A stretch of DNA of 64,000 nt from Daejeonella sp. (GCA_039934815.1 JBDTLL010000001.1:1010-65009); one strand, 5' to 3'; positions 42,145-51,018 are shown, counted from the first letter of the stretch. Translations and numbers: made by a program. Notes: generated by a model from the letters alone, not told the origin.

Positions 42145-43221
42145 TTAGAATTTATATACCATGGCGTTAACATTCATTCCTGCTCCAACAGAAGCAAAAA
42201 CTACAATGTCACCTTCTTTAACCTCATGATCATCCAGCTGGTTTTTTAAAATCAGATCTAAAAGCGTTGGAATAGTTGCTACAGAACTATTGCCATATTT
42301 TGCAATAGTCATGGGCATTACTTCCATCGGTGTTTCCCGGATTCCGTAAAGCTTAAATAACCTTTTTAAAATTGCCTCGTCCATTTTTCCGTTTGCCTGA
42401 TGAACCAGCACCTTTTTTATGTCGGTAATATCAAGTCCAGCTTTTTCTATAGTTTGCTTTATAACCAGTGGAACATTTGATAAGGCGTACTCATAAATTT
42501 TACGGCCATCCATTTTTATAAACATATCATCGCTTATAAGATCGGGATTGCTGGATTTGCCGGAATAAAGATAAAACGCTTCCACAGAAGTGTGCGATTG
42601 CGTTTTATGCGCTAAAATTCCGTTACCGGAATCTTCCTGTCCTTCAAGAATGGTAGCGCCGGCACCATCCGAAAATATCATGCTGTCTCTGTCATGCTGG
42701 TCTGTAACTCGCGACAAAGTTTCTGTGCCGATAATCATTACTCTTTTTGCATCGCCAGAACGGATGAAATAATCGGCCTGAATCATTCCCTGCAACCATC
42801 CCGGACAACCGAAAGGTAAATCGTAAGCAATACAATCCGGGTTTACTATTCCTAACTTATTTTTTATGCGTGAAGCTAATGTGGGTAAAACCGTAGCACG
42901 AGTTCCGCCGTGGCCAATATCACCAAAGTTGTGCGCAACAATTATATAGTCTAACGTTTCCGGATCAATTCCCGAAGTTTCAATTGCATTTAAAGCGGCA
43001 AAATATCCGAGATCAGATGCATTATGGTCCGGATCGGCGTAACGGCGCTCCTCAATTTCTGTAATATCTCTGAATTTGGTGATGACCTCTGCGTTGTCAC
43101 GCATGATTTTTTCGCCATCCTTTTCATAAAAATTATGCTGTAAAAACTCGTCATTTGCAACAATGTTATCCGGTAAAAATTTACCTGTTGCTACTATAAT
43201 TGATTTGATTTTAGAACTCAT
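42145..43221 (-). CDS. 3-oxoacyl-ACP synthase III family protein (FabH-like)
   Basis: Cys-His-Asn triad: FGCPGW, VHQAN, YGNSS; VGAG at the C-terminus. Confidence 0.9.
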   Translation of the reverse strand: MSSKIKSIIVATGKFLPDNIVANDEFLQHNFYEKDGEKIMRDNAEVITKFRDITEIEERRYADPDHNASDLGYFAALNAIETSGIDPETLDYIIVAHNFGDIGHGGTRATVLPTLASRIKNKLGIVNPDCIAYDLPFGCPGWLQGMIQADYFIRSGDAKRVMIIGTETLSRVTDQHDRDSMIFSDGAGATILEGQEDSGNGILAHKTQSHTSVEAFYLYSGKSSNPDLISDDMFIKMDGRKIYEYALSNVPLVIKQTIEKAGLDITDIKKVLVHQANGKMDEAILKRLFKLYGIRETPMEVMPMTIAKYGNSSVATIPTLLDLILKNQLDDHEVKEGDIVVFASVGAGMNVNAMVYKF

Positions 43222-43301
43222 TGAGCTAATTTGAACTAAATACTACTATGGTTTATTGTTTAAAGGTAGCAATTAATCTTCTTTCGCCAAACAAGTAATT
43301 G

Positions 43302-44372
43302 TCAAAATAAATCCAGTTGTTTTCCCTTTGCGGGATTAAAGTGTTCAAAATTAAATGCCCTGAGAGTTTTGCCATCCATATATTTTTTAACAGATAGTTT
43401 GTAAAGCTGATGGATACTTTCAGCAAGCTTTCCATCGCCTGTTTTTCTTAATTGCCATCTGCTGTCATTTAATTTTCCCTGATGACAATCCGCAATCATA
43501 TTCAAAACTTTTTCGGCCCTGTCGGGAAAAGCTTTATGAATCCAATCGGTAAATATTTCCGCTATTGAGCCATTTAGTCGCACTAAAGTAAATGAGGCGC
43601 CTTGAGCGCCAGCTTCAGCAGCGGTTTTTATAACATGCGGGATTTCATCACTATTTAAACCCGGAATAATGGGAGATAACATCAGTTTAACGGGAATATT
43701 AGCTTCACTAAGTGTCTTAATTAATTTAATTCTTCCCATGCCGGTAACAGTTCTGGGTTCAAGCTTTAAACGTAAGTCTTCATTTAAAGAATTTAAAGTA
43801 ACCGAGATATGAACCAGGTCCAAAGCAGCTAATTCCTTTAAAATATCCAGATCCCGCAGCATTAAATTGTTTTTGCTGATCAAACTTACCGGATGTTTAT
43901 ATTTCAAAAATACTTTGAGCAAAGAACGGGTGATCTTTAGTTTACGCTCTGCCGGCTGGTAGCAATCGGTATTACCCGAAAGCATAATTGCTGCGGGTTT
44001 ATAACCTTTTATATTAAAATATTTCTCCAATAATTGTGGAGCATCCTGCTTAACAATTATTTTTCTTTCAAAATCTAAACCGGCACTAAACCCATAATAC
44101 TCATGCGAATTACGTGCGTAACAATAAATACAGCCATGTTCACATCCCTGGTAAGGGTTTATAGAATGCATAAAAGGCAGATCTGGACTGTTAGAAATAC
44201 TGACTATTTTTTTGGGATGTTCGGGGTAAAATTGGGTTGTTGAATTTTCCAGCATTTCCTCATCTATACCTTCGGGATGGTCCAGCACATAACTGTTTTT
44301 CAAAAATTTATTATGTGTGTTTATCTGCGCCCCACGACCTTTAAAAAAGTCATTATTTTCTGCATGCGACAT
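43302..44372 (-). CDS. PA0069/Rv2578c family radical SAM protein
   Basis: GRGA, NPYQGCEHGCIYCYAR, NTDCYQP; ATG at 44372 preferred. Confidence 0.92.
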   Translation of the reverse strand: MSHAENNDFFKGRGAQINTHNKFLKNSYVLDHPEGIDEEMLENSTTQFYPEHPKKIVSISNSPDLPFMHSINPYQGCEHGCIYCYARNSHEYYGFSAGLDFERKIIVKQDAPQLLEKYFNIKGYKPAAIMLSGNTDCYQPAERKLKITRSLLKVFLKYKHPVSLISKNNLMLRDLDILKELAALDLVHISVTLNSLNEDLRLKLEPRTVTGMGRIKLIKTLSEANIPVKLMLSPIIPGLNSDEIPHVIKTAAEAGAQGASFTLVRLNGSIAEIFTDWIHKAFPDRAEKVLNMIADCHQGKLNDSRWQLRKTGDGKLAESIHQLYKLSVKKYMDGKTLRAFNFEHFNPAKGKQLDLF

Positions 44373-44585
44373 ATGCAAAAATGCTAAAAAAATTAGTAAA
44401 ATAAGAAATAACTTTCATCGTAACTTTTTGTGGGTGTCAATCAGTTTTATTTTACGACGCTGTAAATACCAGATGTTTCTTTTTGTAAAGACCTTAATAA
44501 CAACGATATAATTTAAAATAATTTGATATTGCTATTGTCTTTGCAATGGTTAATAAGTAAATTCATTTATTCAAACCATATCACC

Positions 44586-44957
44586 ATGATGACTAAGCAC
44601 GAATTAGAAAATAATGTCAGCGAGGTTTTAACGGAGGCTGATAAATCGCAGGATAAAGTCCAAAAATTTAAATTTATCTGGCAAGGATCTGTAAAACCCG
44701 CCCTGGGTATTATAAAACTAATTACAGGCAGAAGAACGGATATGCACATTGATGAATTAATAGAAGCTGCTGACAATTTAAGTGAAGGAAATCCATCCGG
44801 AGAAAGCAAATTTTGCGCTGTATGGAATAATTTACATGCCAGATCGCTTTTAAAAACAATACAGATTCTTACCGGACCAAAGGTAGATAAAGCCTTAAAT
44901 AAATTTATAGATATTGCGGATAGTATATGTGGCCCGGAGGAAGTAGACGAACCTTGA
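44586..44957 (+). CDS. Hypothetical small helical protein with an internal duplication
   Basis: 123 aa from ATG 44586; two ~42-aa repeats KF...W...L..I...TG...D...I..AD. Confidence 0.75.
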   Translation: MMTKHELENNVSEVLTEADKSQDKVQKFKFIWQGSVKPALGIIKLITGRRTDMHIDELIEAADNLSEGNPSGESKFCAVWNNLHARSLLKTIQILTGPKVDKALNKFIDIADSICGPEEVDEP

Positions 44958-45034
44958 TCAAAGCATAATCTTCCATCGGCGGATATTTAACTCTGCACGC
45001 TTTTAATTTCTTTACAGAATTTAAAAAATGCAAC

Positions 45035-45439
45035 ATGAGCATTTATAAAACTGGTTCTGGATCATTACAGATTTTGCTAAGTACCGATATTAGTACTATT
45101 GGTTTAGCAGGCTCAAGAGCAACTTTATTTAAACCAGATTCCGGAAATGGAAGTCTTCCGGTGGCACATTCTGTAGATGCAACAGGTGATATTCCGGTAA
45201 CACCCATTGGAAAAGCTTTATCCTTAAAAGGATTTAGGTTATCCATTATGTCAAAAATAGATCTTAGTATTTTAGGTGACAGAGAAACCCGGGAGAAAGA
45301 ATTTTACAAACTATCATCGAAATATTTTTTGGATGGAGGAATAGATAATTATAAGGAATTTGAAGCTGATGATAATGAAATAACGCACGATGATGAATAT
45401 ATAACAGTACTGATCTACAAACTAATAGAATTTATTTAG
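45035..45439 (+). CDS. Hypothetical protein (134 aa, no signal peptide)
   Basis: ATG after an A-rich tract, co-oriented, 3 bp from the next gene. Confidence 0.7.
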   Translation: MSIYKTGSGSLQILLSTDISTIGLAGSRATLFKPDSGNGSLPVAHSVDATGDIPVTPIGKALSLKGFRLSIMSKIDLSILGDRETREKEFYKLSSKYFLDGGIDNYKEFEADDNEITHDDEYITVLIYKLIEFI

Positions 45440-45442
45440 CCT

Positions 45443-46606
45443 ATGAAACGAATCCAACTAATTGGTTTATTATTTCTGGGTTTTGAGCTATTCAGTTTAC
45501 AGGTTTTGGCACAATCAGCAGATGGTGGATTAAAGTTGAAAGAACTGGCGGTTCCAAATTCCCCGGCTTTTATTTTATTAGATATTGCTCCAACTTTAAT
45601 CGAAGCTCCATTAACTCCCAAAGAATTCGCCTTTGCTGCCATTCAATCTTTTTCTGATGATGCAGGTTTACCACAAAATTATTCAATGGAGTTCACTCCT
45701 TATTGGTGGCTTAATGCCAAGAAAAGAAATGTTTATGAATTTGCCGGAATTACCAAAACATCGGCAGGAGTTTTTAAAGAGAACGTTTTTTCGGGACTAA
45801 AATTCAGCAATTTTTCTGTCGCATTTGTGAATAAAGACCTTATTCCCGATACCTCAGCTTTCAATCAGAAAATATTCTCTATCGGAGTAAACACAACACT
45901 TTTAAAAATCCACAACGCAAATTACGCGGCAAAATTAAATTCAGAAATTGACAACTGGCATAAAGAAATTCAAAAGGAACTTGCAATTATGCAAGATAAA
46001 TTGAACCAGGAAAGTGATCCTGCAAAGAGAAGGGTTTTGCAGCAGGAATTAAATGACACCGTTTTTCCGGTTAGCTCAAAAATTGCCGAAAACATTAATG
46101 ATATTATAAAAGAACATCCGCTGTTTATCTTAAATTTTTCTGCAGCATATGCTGTTTACGGTATTGATAACCGGTATTTAAGAAATGGGAGGTCGGGTGC
46201 GTGGGCTACACTCGCTTCCTTTTTACCTATGAAAAGTTCTGAAAATTCCGCGAACAGTAATTATCTGAATCTGATAGTTTCTTCACGATATATGCATGAT
46301 AATTATTCTATAGATGAGAATAATATGCTTGCTAAAACTAGCTCTTTTGACCTGGGAGGAAAAATAGCATTTGAATTTAACCGCGTTCTTTTTGGTTTTG
46401 AATCTCTGCAAAGAACTTATACAAGCGGTACAAATTTTCATTACAGCAGAAATGCCGGGACCATTTCCTATCGCTTGAACAATAATTTATTTATTAACGG
46501 AACTTTTGGGAAGGATTTCGGACTGGAAAATAAAATAATTACCCTTTTTGGGTTTAACTGGGGCTTTGGAGAAGAAAAGATCAATCTTCCGGATCCCGGT
46601 TTATAA
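45443..46606 (+). CDS. Exported protein, probable outer-membrane beta-barrel
   Basis: Sec signal ending VLA-Q; amphipathic strands in the C-terminal half; ends FGFNWGFG; central coiled coil. Confidence 0.65.
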   Translation: MKRIQLIGLLFLGFELFSLQVLAQSADGGLKLKELAVPNSPAFILLDIAPTLIEAPLTPKEFAFAAIQSFSDDAGLPQNYSMEFTPYWWLNAKKRNVYEFAGITKTSAGVFKENVFSGLKFSNFSVAFVNKDLIPDTSAFNQKIFSIGVNTTLLKIHNANYAAKLNSEIDNWHKEIQKELAIMQDKLNQESDPAKRRVLQQELNDTVFPVSSKIAENINDIIKEHPLFILNFSAAYAVYGIDNRYLRNGRSGAWATLASFLPMKSSENSANSNYLNLIVSSRYMHDNYSIDENNMLAKTSSFDLGGKIAFEFNRVLFGFESLQRTYTSGTNFHYSRNAGTISYRLNNNLFINGTFGKDFGLENKIITLFGFNWGFGEEKINLPDPGL

Positions 46607-46616
46607 TTCTAAGACA

Positions 46617-47804
46617 ATGAAAAAGGAAAATGATACTCCTTTGTATTGGATGTTAATTTTTACCTGTTTAAGTTTCTTAACGGGCAATTTCGCTGCCGCG
46701 GAAGAATTGCAGCCGGCTGTTTCCAAAATCGATTTAACTACTTCTGATCAGCCACAAATAATTGATTTAAAAGTTAAAAAATTGGATACGTCTGCGGTGA
46801 ACTCTACCCGAAAAAACAACCTGGTTTATGTTAACAATCTGTTACTTGTCAGAATTACCAACCCGCGGCAGTTTCTATTGTTAAGACCATCAGATAACAG
46901 TAAGTTAATTTTATATGCCGACGGACTCCCGCTTGAAGGGATTTATTCCCGCCGTTTTGATAAGTTTTCCCGACAGGAAGTAAATGAGGGGAAAATTTAT
47001 ATACCGGACGAGATGTGGATCCCGTTTGTGATGAGCAGAGATTCTGAATCACAAATGGCATGGAAAGATCTTTACCGCCAAACTACGCACTGGTATAATA
47101 ATAACATCACTTTTCAAGCTTCTATTGGCTGGGAAGGTATGTATCCCATCCGGCAACGAGATGCCAAAGTAGATACAACCATTACCGTAGTTTTTTATAA
47201 TCCGCTTATTTTCTGGATCTGGCTGATATTCTTTGTTTTATTTGTGGTGTTTTTTATTTACCTCTCTGCCACTACTGATATTATTTGCGAATACTGCAAG
47301 GAAGGTAAAGGAGCCTATAGTTTATCGCAAACTCAGCTGGTTTTCTGGACCGTAATTGTGGTTGGTGCATTTATTTATTCTTTAATTTTAACAGATCTAA
47401 CAGACTCCTTAAATACCTCTGTTCTGATGCTTTTAGGAATAAGTATCAGCACTACAGGTGTGGCCAGCTTTATAGATTATTATAAAAAGACCAAGCCGGA
47501 ATGGGTGGTTCCCAAAAAACACAGAAGCTTTTTGTTTGATATCCTTTCTGATGGTGACAACATCAGCGTACAACGTACGCAAACGGCTATGTGGAATATT
47601 GTATTTGGGATTTACTTCGTGATTTACACCATCAATAATAAAACAATGCCCTATTTTTCAGAAACCCTGCTGGTTTTATCCGGAGTAAGTTCTTCCTTTT
47701 ATCTGGGTTCTAAACTGGTTGAAAATGTAACTCCTTTACAGGAAAGACAACCTCCAAAAATTTCAAAACCAAAGCTTGAGCCCAGCTCAGAAGCTGTAGG
47801 ATAA
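46617..47804 (+). CDS. Signal peptide + soluble domain + five-TM membrane protein with a duplicated hairpin
   Basis: ATG 46617 preferred; signal ends AAA-EE; one TM, then two SxxxTQxxxW...LxLxGxS repeats. Confidence 0.75.
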   Translation: MKKENDTPLYWMLIFTCLSFLTGNFAAAEELQPAVSKIDLTTSDQPQIIDLKVKKLDTSAVNSTRKNNLVYVNNLLLVRITNPRQFLLLRPSDNSKLILYADGLPLEGIYSRRFDKFSRQEVNEGKIYIPDEMWIPFVMSRDSESQMAWKDLYRQTTHWYNNNITFQASIGWEGMYPIRQRDAKVDTTITVVFYNPLIFWIWLIFFVLFVVFFIYLSATTDIICEYCKEGKGAYSLSQTQLVFWTVIVVGAFIYSLILTDLTDSLNTSVLMLLGISISTTGVASFIDYYKKTKPEWVVPKKHRSFLFDILSDGDNISVQRTQTAMWNIVFGIYFVIYTINNKTMPYFSETLLVLSGVSSSFYLGSKLVENVTPLQERQPPKISKPKLEPSSEAVG

Positions 47805-47836
47805 AATCAAAACATGAACCAATAACAAGAAATGAT

Positions 47837-48658
47837 ATGAAAATTTCAAATCATCTATTAGTTGACGATAACGGAAAGCAGTTTCCTTACAAAGCAACTC
47901 CTAATCACGGCGGACGATATATTCCAAAGTATTTAGTGATGCATTATACAGCAGCTACCACAGAAAGTTCTGCAGTTAGCTGGCTAACAAGTCCTATTGC
48001 GCAAGCATCGGCACATTTAGTTATCGGTAGGCAGGGAAAGGTAACTCAACTTGCTCCATTTAATGTTATAACCTGGCATGCCGGCAAGAGTACCTGGGCG
48101 GGTTTGGTTGGAATGAATAAATACGCCATAGGTATTGAGCTGGTAAATGCTGGCCGTTTGTCTAAAACTGGCGAGAAATGTATCTGCCCGGTAGATAAAC
48201 AATTTATTGATGAAAATGATGTTCTGCTGGCCCGACATAAAAATGAAAATCAGGATTCTTTATGGCAGGAATACAGCAGTGCACAATTGGAAATAGCTCA
48301 GGAGATTGCAGCGCTTCTGGTTAAAAATTACAAGCTTCTGGATATTGTCGGACATGATGATATTTCGCCAATCAGAAAGTCAGATCCGGGACCCGCATTT
48401 CCGATGAAAAGCTTTCGGGCAAGGGCTATGGGCAGAAAGGATGAAAATTTGGATAGTTACGTAACATCGGCGCTATTAAATATCAGGTCAGGACCGGGAA
48501 CTTTGTTTGAACCAATTACAAAACCCCTGCCTGCCGGAACCCGGGTAACAGCGTTAAAAACTGAAGGTAACTGGACTTTTGTAGAAGTAGAAGATGTTGT
48601 AAACGGATTGATGGATTTAGAAGGCTGGGTTTTTTCTAAGTATTTGGCTAAAGCTTAA
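47837..48658 (+). CDS. N-acetylmuramoyl-L-alanine amidase (Amidase_2) with C-terminal SH3b
   Basis: MHYTA, SAHLVI, WHAG, IGIELVN, GHDDI..RKSDPG; LNIRSGPG..GNW..GWVFSKYL; no signal peptide. Confidence 0.92.
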   Translation: MKISNHLLVDDNGKQFPYKATPNHGGRYIPKYLVMHYTAATTESSAVSWLTSPIAQASAHLVIGRQGKVTQLAPFNVITWHAGKSTWAGLVGMNKYAIGIELVNAGRLSKTGEKCICPVDKQFIDENDVLLARHKNENQDSLWQEYSSAQLEIAQEIAALLVKNYKLLDIVGHDDISPIRKSDPGPAFPMKSFRARAMGRKDENLDSYVTSALLNIRSGPGTLFEPITKPLPAGTRVTALKTEGNWTFVEVEDVVNGLMDLEGWVFSKYLAKA

Positions 48659-48662
48659 CGCT

Positions 48663-49970
48663 ATGAAATTTAAAATTTTATCAATGGATGGAGGCGGCTC
48701 CTGGGCAATAATTCAAGCCAGGGTGTTAATGGATATTTACGGCGATATCGGCGGTCACGAACTGTTGAGAAAATTTGATATGGTCATCGCAAATTCTGGA
48801 GGAAGTTTGGTGCTTGCATGCCTTTGTAACGATATGAAGCTGAGTCAGGTAATTGATGTTTTTAAATTACAGTCAAATCGCGAAAGCGTATTTTCAGAAT
48901 TAACATTTTGGGAAAAAATGACCGTAACCAATCTGATCAGTTTTTTGAGAAAAAAAATCCAGATTGGACCGAAGTACAGTACAAAAAGAAAGTTAAGTGG
49001 CTTAATTGATGTGCTCAGGCAACATGACCATTTATTTGCTGAGAAAGTTATTCAAACCCCAATTGTTGATACTTCTCTGCATAATTTACCCGAAATAATT
49101 AAAAAGCCCGAACTACAGATTTTAATTGTTGGATTTGATTATTTCCGCGAAAGAGTTAGTTTTTTTCGATCTAACACCAAAAGCAATACAGACCGGTTTA
49201 GCGATGGCAAATTCTATCAGATATCACTTGCTCACGCTATACATGCTTCCAGCAATGCGCCTATTAATTATTTTGATGCTCCGGCAACCGTAAATGTTAG
49301 CCTGCTGAACGGCGAAGACCGAAGAAAAACCTGGTTTTGGGATGGTGCCGTTTCCGGATTTAACAACCCGGTTTTAGCTGCGGTAATAGAAGCTATAACT
49401 AACAATCATACAGAACCAAAAGAATATTGCATACTTTCTCTGGGAACCGGAACTGGTGGTGAAGCTATAATTAATGATTATGAAAACTCGTCAGATCCTC
49501 TGATTGATAGCATCTATAAAGCCAATATAAATAACAAATTAGCCAAGACAGATAACACGCAGAATTTTTTGAGGGATGTACGAAAAATGTCTACCAGCAT
49601 TTTAGGAGATCCACCCGATTCTGCCTCATTTATCGCGTATTCTATTATTGAACCCAGCTTGCAAAACGGGGCCAATTTGGTTCGGATAAATCCATGCATC
49701 AAACCGGAGCTGAATAAAGACAATTATTTTGTAATACCCGAAGTATATCGAAATGATAGTAACGGCGAACAAAAATTTACACAATTGATGAATATGGATA
49801 TGGATGCAGTGCAACAGCAGCAGGTGGAGCTAATCATTGATCTTTGCGATAAGTTTATTACCCAAACCGAACCATGTCTCCCAAATCAATTTATCAGAGG
49901 AAATAAAATTAGCGGAATTGGTTATGGAACTTATCGCGAAGCAAAGGAAAAATGGATGCAAATAATTTGA
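48663..49970 (+). CDS. Patatin-like phospholipase (non-canonical motifs)
   Basis: ILSMDGGG, ANSGG nucleophile elbow, ASSNAP, WDGAV..NNP, LSLGTG. Confidence 0.85.
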   Translation: MKFKILSMDGGGSWAIIQARVLMDIYGDIGGHELLRKFDMVIANSGGSLVLACLCNDMKLSQVIDVFKLQSNRESVFSELTFWEKMTVTNLISFLRKKIQIGPKYSTKRKLSGLIDVLRQHDHLFAEKVIQTPIVDTSLHNLPEIIKKPELQILIVGFDYFRERVSFFRSNTKSNTDRFSDGKFYQISLAHAIHASSNAPINYFDAPATVNVSLLNGEDRRKTWFWDGAVSGFNNPVLAAVIEAITNNHTEPKEYCILSLGTGTGGEAIINDYENSSDPLIDSIYKANINNKLAKTDNTQNFLRDVRKMSTSILGDPPDSASFIAYSIIEPSLQNGANLVRINPCIKPELNKDNYFVIPEVYRNDSNGEQKFTQLMNMDMDAVQQQQVELIIDLCDKFITQTEPCLPNQFIRGNKISGIGYGTYREAKEKWMQII

Positions 49971-49983
49971 CAAGGTAATTTTT

Positions 49984-51018
49984 ATGAAACGGATTATAAC
50001 CTGTAGCGACGGCACCTGGAATAAACCCAATGGTTTAGATCATGGCAAACCTGTGCGTACCAACGTTCAGAAAATATTTGAAAGCATTTGCAACAGAGAT
50101 GATAATGATACTCATCAAATTAAATTTTACGATGAGGGAATTGGTTCAGAAGGTAATTTTTACAGTAAAATATTCGACGGTGCTACCGGAAAAGGTATCG
50201 ATGATAATATTATTGACATTTATAAATTCATCATCTGGAATTATGAGCCCGGAGATGAAATTTACCTGTTTGGCTTTAGCCGGGGTGCATATACAGCCAG
50301 AAGTGTAGCCGGCTTAATCCGCAACAGCGGGATTTTAAAAAACAATGACCTTGCTAAAATTCAGGAAGCATATAAAATCTATCGCGATAGAGGTAATAAA
50401 AAATTATATCCTAACGGAGATGAAGCAGTTGCTTTCCGCGAAAAGTATTCACATCCAGATCTGAGTATCAAATTTATTGGAGTTTGGGACACTGTTGGCT
50501 CATTAGGTATTCCTTCCCGCTGGTTTCAATGGTATAACAACCGGAAATACGAGTTTCACGACACCAAATTGAGCAGCAGTGTGAACTACGCTTACCAGGC
50601 GCTGGCAATTGACGAAAGGCGTGGAAATTTTAAACCAACCTTGTGGCAAACCGGAGAAAAAGTGCAAAAGGAGTTGGTAAGTCAGGTGATGGAACAGGTT
50701 TGGTTTACAGGCGTACATTCCAATATTGGGGGTGGTTACCCCGACGAAGGTTTGAGTGATATTGCGTTAAACTGGATGATAGAAAAAGCGAAAGGTGCCG
50801 GACTTGGATTTGATGAGAATTACATTAAAAACAATATAAGTCAGAAATCCGATGGCGTTTTATACAATTCCAAATCTTTCCCGTTTTCTCTGATGCCAGA
50901 TTATATTAGGCCGGTAAAACAAACTGAATTCGCGAATGAAGATATCTCCCCGCTGGTTATGGAAAGGATTAAAAAGTCGGGTGCTTATAAGCCGGAGAAT
51001 CTTAAAGAATGGTGTTAA
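49984..51018 (+). CDS. DUF2235 / Tle1-like alpha/beta-hydrolase phospholipase
   Basis: CSDGTWN, TNV, GFSRGAYTAR, GVWDTV, AIDERR, WFTGVHSNIGGG. Confidence 0.92.
   Translation: MKRIITCSDGTWNKPNGLDHGKPVRTNVQKIFESICNRDDNDTHQIKFYDEGIGSEGNFYSKIFDGATGKGIDDNIIDIYKFIIWNYEPGDEIYLFGFSRGAYTARSVAGLIRNSGILKNNDLAKIQEAYKIYRDRGNKKLYPNGDEAVAFREKYSHPDLSIKFIGVWDTVGSLGIPSRWFQWYNNRKYEFHDTKLSSSVNYAYQALAIDERRGNFKPTLWQTGEKVQKELVSQVMEQVWFTGVHSNIGGGYPDEGLSDIALNWMIEKAKGAGLGFDENYIKNNISQKSDGVLYNSKSFPFSLMPDYIRPVKQTEFANEDISPLVMERIKKSGAYKPENLKEWC

Noticed and set aside
48663-49970. CBASS (CapV-like patatin) call for the accessory operon
   Set aside because: No CD-NTase, Cap2/Cap3 or HORMA/TRIP13-like ORF nearby, and the catalytic motifs differ from CapV.
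44586-51018. T6SS effector island or prophage lysis remnant
   Set aside because: No vgrG, PAAR, hcp, Rhs, integrase, terminase or structural phage genes; all ORFs look intact rather than decayed.
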